Shown: one piece after another, positions 10,052 through 20,570 of the stretch
Position numbering within the stretch: position 1 is the first letter of the stretch
Layout of the letters: each line of letters starts with the position of its first letter
Origin: Dehalococcoidia bacterium
GTDB lineage: Bacteria > Chloroflexota > Dehalococcoidia > Plut-88900
Direction: 5' to 3'
Assembly (NCBI GenBank): GCA_965207225.1
Contig: CBDBLV010000003.1
Span: 32,001-96,000 of the forward strand
DNA length: 64,000 bases
Notes under the pieces: generated by a model
Seen by the model: only the letters and a program-made list of their open reading frames with translations
Databases searched by the model: none
What the model was told of the DNA's origin: nothing
Translations under genes and position numbers: made by a program

Positions 10052-12625
10052 GTGAGATGTATCGTCCTCATTGGACTGATAGCCATTCTTATATTCCTCG
10101 TGGCAGGTTGTGGTGATCGCTACTCTACCCCCTCGCCCAGGGCTACTCAAGAGGCAACGGACACCAGCACCTCGACACCTGCCATCGGCGGCACCAACGC
10201 GTCCCAGTCACCCAGCGACGATATAGAGTTGGCTGGAGAGACCACATGGACCCTCGAATCGTTAGACGGTCAACCAGTCCTCGAAACGTCTGTAATAACG
10301 CTGAAGATTGGTGACAACTGGATTGACGGTATTGATGGATGCAACTCCTACAGCGGGCGATCCGAGGAGCGTACGCCTGTCACCGGTTCAGATGGGGTGT
10401 TCTCAATTCCACCCTTCGGAGTCACTGAGATGTTGTGCCCCGAGCCCGAGGGTGTCATGGACCAGGCCGATGCATATATGGCAGCCCTCGTGCAGGGGGA
10501 GAGGTTCCGCATTACCGATGACCGGCTGGAGATCCTCGACGGCGGCGGAGCGAGAAGACTGACTTTCGTCAGGCGGACGCCGCTGCCCGGGAGTCCCATT
10601 GACCTGAAGGGCACTGCTTGGCGGCTCCTCATCGAGGGTGGTGCGATGGACGGCGTTCGCGCACCGACCCTGGTCTTCTTGGATGATCGATTGGTCACCG
10701 GAGCGACTGCTTGTCGCAGCTACGTAGCGACGCACCAGGCGTCCGAGGGTGCTCTGAGGCTTCCAGGGAAGAGAACGTTAGGGTCCTCGCAATCATGGCA
10801 GTCGTGCGTAGAGCAAGAGCGGACTCTGGAGGTCGAGTTCACCGACTTTCTGACGTGGGCGAGGGAGTATTCGGTTGATGAGGAGGGAGGAGCGAGTCGC
10901 CTCAGAATCTGGAGCATCAAGGGCAAGACCCTGACCTTTGAGCCGCTGCCGCAGGCCGAGGACATATCCGACACGGATTGGTCCCTTACGGCGTTCGTCG
11001 AGCTCATGCTCGACTCCGGGATGTGGCACCACCGGACTGCCGAGGTGATCCAGGGGACCAAGATAACGATAGAGTTCGACGACCACGGCATCAGCGGATT
11101 CATGGGGTGCAACTCTTACGGGGGTCCGGCAATGTTCGAAAACGGATCGGTCACGGTGGATCGACAGTCCTTCTACTCTACGACGAAGCTGTGCGAAGTG
11201 CCGGAGGGTCTGACAGAGCAGGAAAAGCGCTACCTCTCTCTAGTACAGCGGGCCACACGGTATGGCATCTATGGCGACAGTCTGTTCATGCAGACGGATG
11301 ACGACGTGTTCCTGTTGTTCCAGGCCGAGGAGATGGCGGAAACGCCTGTTCCAGCTGCGGCTCCAGATGCACACCAACCCGCGATCCCGACTCCAGCGTC
11401 AGAGTCAAGCCCAGGGACCTTGTCAGCCAGAGAAGTCCTGGACTCAACGACCGCTGCCATGTCGGCACTGGACTCCGGGTATGTCGAGATAGAGGCGACG
11501 ACGAAGCTGTCGGCTGGGGACGGGTCGCAGCAGACCGTAACGATGGAGATAGTAGGTGACTTTCAAGCTCCTGCTCGAAGCCGGGTCAACATAAGCATCG
11601 GCGCCGACGACAACAGCACTGAGTTTGAGATAATCACCATTGAGGACACGACGTACCTGAATCTGCCCGATCTCGACAGGTGGGCTATCAGCACCGGTTC
11701 CATCACTCCTTACAGTGATCTGTTCTCGTTCGGCGCGTTCAGCACGGACTTTGACGCCGGGGTAGTCGCGTCCTTCGACTCGCCGATACGCCAGTTTTTT
11801 GCGGGTGAGAGTGTCCACTCCGTGAGGGGGCCAGTATCGGGGTATGCCCTGGCCGACCTGCTAGGCATCGTCGAAGATACCGATGGCGAAGACGTGGCCG
11901 AACTTGGCCAAGGCGTGGTCGAATTCTGGATTGGAGTCGATGACTTCCTAGTCCGGAAGATGGTGCTCGAGGCCGAACTGCCGGATGAGGAAGGCACCCT
12001 AAGCATGCAGATCATTATGGCGCTGTCTGATTTCGGCAAGCCTGTTGATATCCAGGTGCCCGATCCGGAGACGGGTGCCGACCAGCCGAGCGATCAGACT
12101 GGGGCAACCACGGAGGTTCTGGAGAACGGCTGGACCAGAGTTGACCTGACCCAGCAGGGTTTCGGGTTCGCCATTTCGGTGCCGCCGTCGTGGGAGTTGG
12201 ACACGACGAAAGACGAGGGGTTCAACCCGCGAAGTGCCCGCTGGCTCTTGGGCAAGGACACAACCGGCCCGGAATTCGATGGTATCCACCTGCTGTTCCA
12301 ACTCCAGATCGACCAGCTATTCTCTGCGTACGCCGACTTGGAGGAGTACACGGAAATCTACATAGCAAACACCGCCTTCTTCGCGGACATTGATGAGTCG
12401 GACATCGAGAGCGAGAAGGTCAGTCTGCCAGCAGTAGACGCTTTCGTTCAGAGCTTCTCAAACATCTCACCGACGCGAGGCATCCGGCTGTCACATGCTC
12501 AATACATCCTGGCGTATGGCGAAAACGCCTTCATCATCACCTTCACCTCACCGTCGGAAACCTTCGAGGAAGTGAGGCAGGTCCTTGAGCAGATCGCCGA
12601 GACGATAGAGTTGTACGACCCGTAA
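10052..12625 (+). CDS. Lipoprotein with three META domains plus LppX/LprAFG-like and PsbP-like regions
   Basis: Lipobox LVAGC; repeated W.L...G..GCN.Y.G...T..C META pattern. Confidence 0.75.
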   Translation: MRCIVLIGLIAILIFLVAGCGDRYSTPSPRATQEATDTSTSTPAIGGTNASQSPSDDIELAGETTWTLESLDGQPVLETSVITLKIGDNWIDGIDGCNSYSGRSEERTPVTGSDGVFSIPPFGVTEMLCPEPEGVMDQADAYMAALVQGERFRITDDRLEILDGGGARRLTFVRRTPLPGSPIDLKGTAWRLLIEGGAMDGVRAPTLVFLDDRLVTGATACRSYVATHQASEGALRLPGKRTLGSSQSWQSCVEQERTLEVEFTDFLTWAREYSVDEEGGASRLRIWSIKGKTLTFEPLPQAEDISDTDWSLTAFVELMLDSGMWHHRTAEVIQGTKITIEFDDHGISGFMGCNSYGGPAMFENGSVTVDRQSFYSTTKLCEVPEGLTEQEKRYLSLVQRATRYGIYGDSLFMQTDDDVFLLFQAEEMAETPVPAAAPDAHQPAIPTPASESSPGTLSAREVLDSTTAAMSALDSGYVEIEATTKLSAGDGSQQTVTMEIVGDFQAPARSRVNISIGADDNSTEFEIITIEDTTYLNLPDLDRWAISTGSITPYSDLFSFGAFSTDFDAGVVASFDSPIRQFFAGESVHSVRGPVSGYALADLLGIVEDTDGEDVAELGQGVVEFWIGVDDFLVRKMVLEAELPDEEGTLSMQIIMALSDFGKPVDIQVPDPETGADQPSDQTGATTEVLENGWTRVDLTQQGFGFAISVPPSWELDTTKDEGFNPRSARWLLGKDTTGPEFDGIHLLFQLQIDQLFSAYADLEEYTEIYIANTAFFADIDESDIESEKVSLPAVDAFVQSFSNISPTRGIRLSHAQYILAYGENAFIITFTSPSETFEEVRQVLEQIAETIELYDP

Positions 12626-12631
12626 GGTGAG

Positions 12632-12677
12632 CTACCGTCTAGAACCTTCGGCAATTTCCTTTAAACTGGAGGTATAG
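12632..12677 (+). other. Degenerate att site/recombinase tail remnant
   Basis: CTACCGTC-TAGAACCTTCG(G)CAATTTCCTTTAAACTGGAGGTATAG; encodes RTFAISFKLEV* apart from one extra G. Confidence 0.75.
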
Positions 12678-12710
12678 CCCATAGGCAATCGCTGATGGGC
12701 ACACGATGAG

Positions 12711-14150
12711 ATGAGACGTTGTGTGGCGCTCCTCCTATGCTCGCTGCCTGCGGCAGGAATCCGCTGGGCCGTGCTAATCGTCTCGTTGGCGGCTCTCGTG
12801 ATTTCGTTGTCGGCATGTAGCGACGAGTCGCCGATTCCCACCAACACCTCCACGCCAACCGTGACAGTCCCACCGACCTATAACCCCGGGCCTGCCCCGA
12901 CCTCGACTCCCACGCCGATCCCAACGGCCACGGCCACTCCTTCACCGACGCCTGTACCCATCGACACTCCCACACCCGCGCCTACGCCTACTCCCACGTC
13001 CACCCCAACGGCCACGGCTACTCCCACGCCAATCCCAACGGCCACGGCCACTCCTTCACCAACGCCAACCTCCACGCCCACACCTGTACCCACGCCAACG
13101 CCTCCTTCAAACACTAGGTTCTGGGAGCCGCTACGTCCAGCCTCTACTGAGTTCAACAGTTACCGGTCCCTCCAACATCCGCAGACGAGAGTCGGAGACC
13201 TCGTAGAGTTGCACCCGGTACAGTCCGAACACACCTCCACAATCAACCTTCCCTACGCCGGAGAGGTAGGACTGACCGTCCTCCGCGAAGGTCAGGAGCA
13301 TCCTGACACGACCGGCCTGATTGAAGCATCACTCCACAGGATTGAGGAGTTCATGGGATGGCCGTTCCCTGACGACCACGTCATCTACCACATGCACCAG
13401 CCACAGGACGGGGTCACCTCCTCGTACTTCTACGGCACTCACGTGCAAATCACCCTCGACTATCTGGGAGAGAAAGGACTGCACTACCCGCGCATCATCC
13501 AATGGAGCCGCGAGCCACTCATGCAGAGGGCAAACGGAGACCGGTATCGCAGCACCGGCTACACCACCAGCCCCATAACCGTGGTCGAGGCGGACGGTAC
13601 CACCTACACCAGGGGAGAACCCCGCCACATAGATGGGCAAAGCGCAGCATTAGGCAGAGCATTCTCAGGACTAGCCGTCCTCGCCCACGAAGCAGTCCAC
13701 TACTACTTCACGGGCGCGGGAGGTAACAGCGACAGTTACGCACCGTGGGTGGTGGAGGGGCCACCCGTATTCCTCACGTACCTCATCATCAAGCATCTCA
13801 ACCCGGAACTGCCGTTCCCCGACCTCAACACTTTCTACACCGCACATGATTTCAGCCTCTGCGAGGAAGATACGCTGGCAGAAACAGAGCGCATGGAAGA
13901 GTCATTTGAACGCTCAGATTGCATGTATCTGCTCGGCGGGCAACTCTTCGAGGACCTGCACAACCACATGGACGAGACCAACTTCCGCATGGGACTCAGG
14001 AGACTGTTCCTCCACACACGGGTCAACACCCCCGTGTGCGACAACGACCGAACCTCCATCTGCCACGTCAGAGAAGCCTTCTCCATGTATGCTTCGCCGG
14101 AGAAACGCCCCACCGTACAAGCTATCATCGAGCGGTGGTACGGTAACTAG
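12711..14150 (+). CDS. Lipoprotein with PT-rich linker and HExxH metallopeptidase-like domain
   Basis: LSAC lipobox; PT repeats; LAHEAVH followed by VEG. Confidence 0.7.
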   Translation: MRRCVALLLCSLPAAGIRWAVLIVSLAALVISLSACSDESPIPTNTSTPTVTVPPTYNPGPAPTSTPTPIPTATATPSPTPVPIDTPTPAPTPTPTSTPTATATPTPIPTATATPSPTPTSTPTPVPTPTPPSNTRFWEPLRPASTEFNSYRSLQHPQTRVGDLVELHPVQSEHTSTINLPYAGEVGLTVLREGQEHPDTTGLIEASLHRIEEFMGWPFPDDHVIYHMHQPQDGVTSSYFYGTHVQITLDYLGEKGLHYPRIIQWSREPLMQRANGDRYRSTGYTTSPITVVEADGTTYTRGEPRHIDGQSAALGRAFSGLAVLAHEAVHYYFTGAGGNSDSYAPWVVEGPPVFLTYLIIKHLNPELPFPDLNTFYTAHDFSLCEEDTLAETERMEESFERSDCMYLLGGQLFEDLHNHMDETNFRMGLRRLFLHTRVNTPVCDNDRTSICHVREAFSMYASPEKRPTVQAIIERWYGN

Positions 14151-14211
14151 AGGCCAACAGACTCGATAAGGTCAAGAATCCTTCACCTTGTGCTTCAAGT
14201 TGGAGCTGTAG
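14151..14211 (+). other. Degenerate att site plus recombinase tail
   Basis: AGGCCAACAGACTCGATAAGGTCAAGAATCC resembles AGGCCCACCAGACTTGATAAAATCAAGAACC; followed by FTLCFKLEL*. Confidence 0.75.
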
Positions 14212-14222
14212 GAGGAAGCAAC

Positions 14223-14630
14223 GTGACCAGCAACGACATGGAGCTTGCCAGCCAGGGCCGCCGTCTCGCCGGATTCGTCTTGGACTGCTTCCTCGTTGTA
14301 CTCACGCTTGGCGTCGGCTGGGTCGTCTGGGATTTGATCGTGGCCCGGACTGGGCAGAGCCCTGCAAAGCGTCTATTGGGCACCCGCGTAATCCGCGATG
14401 ATGGAGCAGTAGCGGATCTGGGCTGGATGCTGATCAGGGACTTGGTAGTTCGAGGTGTCGCCTTCGGTGCGGTCTATGGAGTGCTGATGGCCGTGCTGGG
14501 TGAGGGAGTGGGCGGTGCCATCAACACCTTGGTGTTCACTCTGGCAACTCTGTGGTGTGTGTGGGATGCCAAGCGCCAATGCGTTTGGGACAAGATCGTG
14601 CGGACGCGGGTGGTTAGCTCCCGTGGCTGA
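14223..14630 (+). CDS. RDD family membrane protein
   Basis: RRLAGFVLD...GQSPAKRLLG.RV...WDKIVRTRVV; GTG start after a GGAGG RBS. Confidence 0.85.
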   Translation: MTSNDMELASQGRRLAGFVLDCFLVVLTLGVGWVVWDLIVARTGQSPAKRLLGTRVIRDDGAVADLGWMLIRDLVVRGVAFGAVYGVLMAVLGEGVGGAINTLVFTLATLWCVWDAKRQCVWDKIVRTRVVSSRG

Positions 14631-14640
14631 GAGGGAGTTT

Positions 14641-15600
14641 GTGCTGCGCCTGTCGCAATTTTGTCTGATTCTCGTCGTGCTTCTCTTGGGGGGTTGCGTC
14701 ACTGACATAAACCCCTCTCTAACCGTAGTCCCGACCTCCACACCTGCTCCAACCTCTTCGCCGATACCGGAATCCGCAGTTACTGACACCCCGGTCATCA
14801 TTCCCACGGCCACTTCCGCACCCACAGTCACAGTCACGCCCAAGAGTGCCCGCGATTTGCCAACGCTGACGCCCACGCCCGCACTCACCCCTGATTCCTC
14901 AATATCTCCAAGCCCCCTTGCCTCAGATGTATGGCGTGGGCTTGTGGTCGCCCCGGAGGCCCGATGCTCGCCTTACGATCCTGACGACTACCCTTATTCG
15001 CAGTCTGTCGAGCGACACATCGTCGCCGGCATGGGCGGCATCGTCTACGGCCCATACACGGGGGTATGGTTCGATAGCACGTCCGAGACTGACATTGAGC
15101 ATATCGTCGCTCGCTCCGAGGCACACGACAGCGGGCTGTGCGCGGCGGATGCCGAAACCAGACGACGGTTTGCTTCCGACCTGATCAACCTCACACTGGC
15201 CAGTCCCTCGGTGAATCGCCACCAGAAAAGTGGCAGGGACGCCGCTGAATGGATCCCCGACCTGAATCAGTGCTGGTTCGCTAATCGCGTCGTCGAGGTT
15301 CGACAGAAGTATGACCTGACCATCGACGAACGCGAAAGTGACGCACTGGAGAACATCTTGTCGGGTTGCACGTCCACTGAGATGATTGTGCGAGAAGCTT
15401 CCCAGGCCCCGACGCCGACTCCCGTTGCTGTGCAAGGAGACGGGGCAGCCAACAACGCCCTTGAGATGTACGACGACAATGGGAACGGTCGCATAACCTG
15501 CGCAGAGGCGCGCAACCACGGCATTGCTCCCGTGCACCGTGGGCATCCCGCATATGAGTACATGAACGACGCCGACAACGACGGCGTGGTCTGCGAGTGA
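14641..15600 (+). CDS. Lipoprotein with HNH/DUF1524-type nuclease and C-terminal excalibur-like Ca-binding domain
   Basis: LGGC lipobox; DIEHIV...NL...VN..KS; CAEAR..G...Y...DADNDGVVCE. Confidence 0.8.
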   Translation: MLRLSQFCLILVVLLLGGCVTDINPSLTVVPTSTPAPTSSPIPESAVTDTPVIIPTATSAPTVTVTPKSARDLPTLTPTPALTPDSSISPSPLASDVWRGLVVAPEARCSPYDPDDYPYSQSVERHIVAGMGGIVYGPYTGVWFDSTSETDIEHIVARSEAHDSGLCAADAETRRRFASDLINLTLASPSVNRHQKSGRDAAEWIPDLNQCWFANRVVEVRQKYDLTIDERESDALENILSGCTSTEMIVREASQAPTPTPVAVQGDGAANNALEMYDDNGNGRITCAEARNHGIAPVHRGHPAYEYMNDADNDGVVCE

Positions 15601-15680
15601 CGAGGCGTCTCTCGGTCCAATAGTGGCAAGGCCAAGGGGGTGAAGGAGTGCCCAGAACGGCCTGAGCGAGACTGGGCGAG

Positions 15681-15725
15681 CGAAATCTCAGAGTATTCAT
15701 CTTGTGCTTCAAGCTGGAGCTGTAG
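15681..15725 (+). other. Recombinase tail remnant (RVFILCFKLEL*)
   Basis: CTTGTGCTTCAAGCTGGAGCTGTAG is nearly identical to 14187-14211. Confidence 0.7.
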
Positions 15726-15868
15726 TCCCGGCCACCTTCCTAGTCCCCCGCATGTGGGCACCAAGGCCACTTTTACTCCGTGAAATTGCAACACGGGCCA
15801 GTCATTGCTATAGTGGAATCTGGAGAGGGCCAGATTGTTACTTGCCTTCTCGTAGCATCCACAGGGAA

Positions 15869-16327
15869 ATGTCGGTGGCCAAGAGAGCAAGGTTCGATGG
15901 TGACGCCTTCTATGCTGCCCTTGACGGGGAGAGGCAAGCACGCCAGTACACCTGGAAGCGAGTGGCAGAAGAGAGCGGAGTCAGTGCGTCCACCCTCACG
16001 CGTTTCTCTCAGGGCAAGCGTCCTGATGTAGATGGCCTTGCCTCGCTTTCAGCATGGTCTGGCTTGGATGTTGACAGGTTCTTCAGAGGTGGTGATGCCA
16101 AGAAGGAGCCAGAGCCGCTGGCGTTGATTTCGTCCTGTCTCCGTTCCGATCCTCGGTTGAACGTGGACTCCGCCATAGCAATTGACCAGATGGTGAAAGC
16201 GGCCTATAGAAGTATGAGCGGCCCAGATGAAGAAACGGAGGACTCATTCACGCCTGAGACAGCGACTACCATGAGCGAGGAAGTCACCGAGGCGCTCAAT
16301 GAAGGCACAGACAGGAGATTGCCTTGA
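15869..16327 (+). CDS. XRE-type HTH regulator upstream of the RM operon
   Basis: WKRVAEESGVSASTLTRFSQGKRPDVD; stop overlaps the MTase start. Confidence 0.75.
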   Translation: MSVAKRARFDGDAFYAALDGERQARQYTWKRVAEESGVSASTLTRFSQGKRPDVDGLASLSAWSGLDVDRFFRGGDAKKEPEPLALISSCLRSDPRLNVDSAIAIDQMVKAAYRSMSGPDEETEDSFTPETATTMSEEVTEALNEGTDRRLP

Positions 16328-17694
16328 ACAAGGTGGACCTAAGCCCCGGTTACGAACTTCAGATTGAGGATAACGGTGGCCGACTTGGCACGATGCGTGC
16401 AGCATTGCGAGCGGACTTGGATTTCCACGGCGCCAACGGCAGCTACGGGTCTCATGCCTGGCACCCCTTTCCCGCAAAGTTTCCGCCGCAGTTGCCGGAG
16501 TTCATGATTCGCCAACTCTCGGACCCGGGCGACCTAGTTTTCGATCCTATGCTCGGCTCTGGGACGACACTCGTTGAAGCTCTCCGCCTCGGACGTCGAG
16601 CGGTTGGTTGCGACATCGACCCCTTGGCGCGACTGATTGCGGAAACTAAGTTGACTCCCATAGACCCCATCGCCGCCCTCCATGAGGGCAACAGGATATT
16701 GGCTGAGGCAATTGACGACTACCACACTTCCCGCCCGAGGCTGCAAAGAGACCTTGAGTTACGATTCGACGCTAAGACTGCGCAGTTCATCGACTACTGG
16801 TTCCTTCCCCAGCAACAGCTTGAACTCCTTGCTCTGGTGCAGCGTATTGATGCTTTGCCGGAAGGAGGTACGCGAGATTTCCTCAAGGTGGCATTCTCTT
16901 CGACCATTATTGCCAAGTCTGGTGGAGTCTCGTTGGCCCGCGACCTAGCCCACACGCGTCCCCACCGAGATACAGAGAAGACGCCCACGTCGGCCTTCGT
17001 GGAGTTCGGCAAGCGTCTAGAACGCAATGTCGCAGCCTTCAGAAGGGACGAATCGATCGACGCCGCCATGCCGTTCTGTCTCAATGGCGCTAGTGAACGA
17101 GAATCCTCTCTCTCAGCGTCCATCCACACAGCGAGTGCCGCAGACACTGGTTTGCCCGACACAAGCATCGACTTGATTGTGACGTCCCCGCCCTATGCCA
17201 ACAATGCAATCGACTATATGCGCGCTCACAAGTTCTCGCTGGTGTGGTTCGGCTGGAAGATCGCCGACCTGAGCCGGCTTCGCGCTCGATACGTGGGCCA
17301 CGATGCCTTATCCGGCCTGCGCAGCGATGCGCTGCCTAACCAGTGCGAAGAGACCTTGGACAGACTGGCAGACCTCGACGACAGGAAAGCACTGGTGTTG
17401 CGTCGCTATTTCCAGGAGATGAAGACGGTCATCGCCGAGATGGAACGGGTCCTGAAGGAAGGCAGGCCAGCTGTGATAGTCGTCGGCTCGTCAACGCTTC
17501 GGGGCTTGGACGTGGAGACACACAAGGGGCTCGCCGCAATCGGCGAAGATGTGGGCCTTGTCCTAGCCGGGATTGGCACCCGTCTCTTGGATCGTGACAA
17601 GCGCATGATGCCAGCACGATGGGGTAGCCGACGACATTCCCAGATCGAAGAGCGCATGCATAAGGAGTACGTGATCGGACTGGTGAAGCCGTAA
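16324..17694 (+). CDS. Amino (N4-C/N6-A) DNA methyltransferase
   Basis: HPFPAKF, DPMLGSGTT (motif I) and later TSPPY (motif IV). Confidence 0.9.
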   Translation: MNKVDLSPGYELQIEDNGGRLGTMRAALRADLDFHGANGSYGSHAWHPFPAKFPPQLPEFMIRQLSDPGDLVFDPMLGSGTTLVEALRLGRRAVGCDIDPLARLIAETKLTPIDPIAALHEGNRILAEAIDDYHTSRPRLQRDLELRFDAKTAQFIDYWFLPQQQLELLALVQRIDALPEGGTRDFLKVAFSSTIIAKSGGVSLARDLAHTRPHRDTEKTPTSAFVEFGKRLERNVAAFRRDESIDAAMPFCLNGASERESSLSASIHTASAADTGLPDTSIDLIVTSPPYANNAIDYMRAHKFSLVWFGWKIADLSRLRARYVGHDALSGLRSDALPNQCEETLDRLADLDDRKALVLRRYFQEMKTVIAEMERVLKEGRPAVIVVGSSTLRGLDVETHKGLAAIGEDVGLVLAGIGTRLLDRDKRMMPARWGSRRHSQIEERMHKEYVIGLVKP

Positions 17695-18530
17695 TGCCTG
17701 GCAGGATCGAAGCTCTTCGGCGGGCCTACCACCGCGAGATTGCCAATAGAGTCCTGCGGCAGAATCCGTCCGGCGTGCCGAATAACGCCGATAGCGGTAG
17801 TGCTTCAAGTGTGCGGATTGCCAAGGGCATTGTTCAGCATATTGGGCTTCCTCTGGGGTCCGACAAGCTGGCGGGACAGACGGCGGGACATCGCTTCGAA
17901 GAGGCCACAAAGAACTTCCTGCGTGAAGCATTTGGGTTGCTTTCTCATCTACGGCCTGGGGAGTGGGAATTCTCACTGGGCGGGAACATCCGCGACTACG
18001 AGCAATACTTACACTTATCAGACGTGCGACGGATGGTCGAGCAGCATGAGGAACTGCGGATTATCTTCGGTGACTATATTGTGACGCCTGACATCGTTGT
18101 CTGCCGGGAGCCGGTTTCAGACTCCACGATCAACGAGAAGGAAGCTCTGCTCAATGACGACACCGTGGCAAGCTACACGCCACTGCGTCGCGCCAACTCA
18201 CAGGCGAGTATCCTCCACGCGAGCGTGTCCTGCAAATGGACGATTCGCAGTGACCGGTCCCAAAACGCACGCACCGAAGGCTTGAACCTCGTGCGCAACC
18301 GTAAGGGTAAGACGCCGCACATAGTCGTCGTCATAGGAGAACCTCTTCCCGGAAGAATAGCATCGCTGGCCTACGGCACAGGCGACATTGACTGTGTCTA
18401 CCATTTTGCGCTTAGGGAATTGAAGACCGCGGTAGCAGGCAACGATTCGGATGCTGAACTGCTTGACACATTGGTCTCCGGCAGACGACTACGTGACATT
18501 AGTGACCTGCCGTTTGACTTGGCGACCTGA
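17694..18530 (+). CDS. NgoMIV-family type II restriction endonuclease
   Basis: PDIVV...LHASVSCKWTIRSDRSQN...G.GDIDCVYH. Confidence 0.85.
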   Translation: MPGRIEALRRAYHREIANRVLRQNPSGVPNNADSGSASSVRIAKGIVQHIGLPLGSDKLAGQTAGHRFEEATKNFLREAFGLLSHLRPGEWEFSLGGNIRDYEQYLHLSDVRRMVEQHEELRIIFGDYIVTPDIVVCREPVSDSTINEKEALLNDDTVASYTPLRRANSQASILHASVSCKWTIRSDRSQNARTEGLNLVRNRKGKTPHIVVVIGEPLPGRIASLAYGTGDIDCVYHFALRELKTAVAGNDSDAELLDTLVSGRRLRDISDLPFDLAT

Positions 18531-18533
18531 GGG

Positions 18534-20426
18534 ATGAGATGGATGTCGCCAAATGAAGCCTGTGGGCTGAAGCAAATCCCTCTGGCTCTAGCTTTGATTA
18601 TGGCGCTGTTTGTCCTGATCTCGTGCGACGATGATTCTATTCCATCCCCACAGCAGGACGCAAACGTCCCAGCCCCAGTCGCAGTGTTCCCATCCGAGTC
18701 AGATATTGAAACAGCCGCAGATGACAAGACAAGCTGGGATGCCTTCACTTCCATTAGCGCAGGAAGCACCCATAGCTGTGGAGTCAGGAACGACGGTAAC
18801 GTCATCTGCTGGGGAGACAGCGTCGGAGGGCAGGCCTCACCACCAACAGGCACGTTCACCTCGGTCAGCTCTGGATCGGCGCATACCTGCGGGCTCAGGG
18901 CAGACGGCTCCGTCGTCTGCTGGGGTGATGATTGGGAGGGTCGAGCCTCCCCGCCCGAGGGTGTCTTCATTTCAGTCAGCGTCGGACGACGTCACAGCTG
19001 TGGCGTGCGGGACGACAACTCCGTCGCTTGCTGGGGCTATGATGCACATGGCCGGTCTACTCCGCCTGAAGGCCACTTTATTGCAGTCAGCGCCGGGGAG
19101 AATCATACCTGTGCAGTGCGTGACAAAGGCACACTAGCCTGTTGGGGTTATGACAGCCATGTCCAGACTTCCCCGGGAGACAGTTTCATCTCTGTCAGTG
19201 TAGGGCGGCTCCACACTTGCGGGCTGAGAGAAGACGGCTCTTTCGTCTGCTGGGGTGGTGATCTTGATGGCCATGTCTCCCCGCCGGAATATCACTTCAC
19301 CTCGGTCAGTGTCGGGTCGTACCAAATCTGCGGCCTGAAGGATGACGCTTTCGTTACGTGCTGGGGTGATGATCCCTATGATCAGGCCCCCTTCGCTCAG
19401 ACTCCCACGCCGGAGGGTTCATTCATCTCGGTGAGCAGCGGGGGAAACCATACCTGCGGAGTTCGGGAGGATGCCTCTGTCACTTGCTGGGGCTATGACC
19501 GGTATGGTCAGGCTTCACCTCCCGCAGGCAGTTTTGCTTCCGTAGATGCAGGGGAATACCAAGTTTGCGCAGTTAGATACGACAAGTCTCTGGCCTGCTG
19601 GCGCGGAACTGAAATCGACATGCCAGCAGGCATCTTCGCATCAGTCAGTGCTGGAGGGCACCAAGTCCCGCGCCGTTGGAATCCTCCTGCCTGCACGCAA
19701 GAACCCTGTCCCACTCTGGTACCCCCGCCACCTTTTGAATCCCTCAGGCACACCTGCGGGGTGCGCGACGATGGTTCTATCGTCTGCTGGGGCAATGACG
19801 AATATGGCCAAGCCTCCCCGCCCGAGGACACGTTCATCTCTGTCAGTGCCGGGGGAAATCACACCTGCGGAGTGCGAGTCAACGGTTCGGTGGCCTGCTG
19901 GGGAAACGATACTCATAGACAAGCCAGCCCCCCATCAATGGCCTTCATTTCGGTTAGTTCCGGAGGAGGACATGGCCACGTTGGGCAGGCAGACCTAGTT
20001 GAAGCCGCCCACACCTGTGGGCTGAGGACAGACAGAGCCGTCGTCTGCTGGGGTGATGACCGGTATGGTCAAGCCTCCCCGCCCGAGGGCACATTTACGT
20101 CGGTCAGTGCGGGAGGCCACCACACCTGTGGGCTGAGGGACGATGGCTCCGTCGTCTGCTGGGGTGATGACTGGCATGGTCAGACTTCCCCACCGGAGGG
20201 CACATTCACATCCCTCAGTGCAGGAGGCCACCACACCTGTGGCGTGCGGGATGACGGTTCGATAGCCTGTTGGGGCAATGATTACGATGGCCGAGCCTCT
20301 CCGCCCCACGGCTCTTTTGTTTGGCTGGACTGCGGAGTGGGGCACTCCTGCGGGATAAGGGACAACGGTTCCATCATTTGCTGGGGAAGATTTGCAATGG
20401 TGGTACCCGCGGCATCTGGGCACTAG
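18534..20426 (+). CDS. RCC1-repeat lipoprotein
   Basis: Many SVSAG..HTCG.R.DGSV.CWG repeats; LISC lipobox. Confidence 0.9.
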   Translation: MRWMSPNEACGLKQIPLALALIMALFVLISCDDDSIPSPQQDANVPAPVAVFPSESDIETAADDKTSWDAFTSISAGSTHSCGVRNDGNVICWGDSVGGQASPPTGTFTSVSSGSAHTCGLRADGSVVCWGDDWEGRASPPEGVFISVSVGRRHSCGVRDDNSVACWGYDAHGRSTPPEGHFIAVSAGENHTCAVRDKGTLACWGYDSHVQTSPGDSFISVSVGRLHTCGLREDGSFVCWGGDLDGHVSPPEYHFTSVSVGSYQICGLKDDAFVTCWGDDPYDQAPFAQTPTPEGSFISVSSGGNHTCGVREDASVTCWGYDRYGQASPPAGSFASVDAGEYQVCAVRYDKSLACWRGTEIDMPAGIFASVSAGGHQVPRRWNPPACTQEPCPTLVPPPPFESLRHTCGVRDDGSIVCWGNDEYGQASPPEDTFISVSAGGNHTCGVRVNGSVACWGNDTHRQASPPSMAFISVSSGGGHGHVGQADLVEAAHTCGLRTDRAVVCWGDDRYGQASPPEGTFTSVSAGGHHTCGLRDDGSVVCWGDDWHGQTSPPEGTFTSLSAGGHHTCGVRDDGSIACWGNDYDGRASPPHGSFVWLDCGVGHSCGIRDNGSIICWGRFAMVVPAASGH

Positions 20427-20570
20427 CGACTGCTTGGCGATCTATTCGCTCGGCTTGCTGGTCGCACGACCTTAAGAGTAGTCCAAGAGAACTGGGCCTG
20501 CCGGATTCCGCCCACAGCCACTGACACGCAGCAGTTGCCCATCGAAGCGCTTCCTCGCTACAGTCAAACC

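Noticed and set aside
12830-13110. Low-complexity CCx/ACx repeats
   Set aside because: Ordinary Pro-Thr linker of a lipoprotein.
9973-15725. Repeated intergenic motif as a CRISPR array or classical integron attC sites
   Set aside because: Spacing is kilobases; no cas or tyrosine integrase; no RYYYAAC/GTTRRRY boxes. It matches recombinase tails instead.
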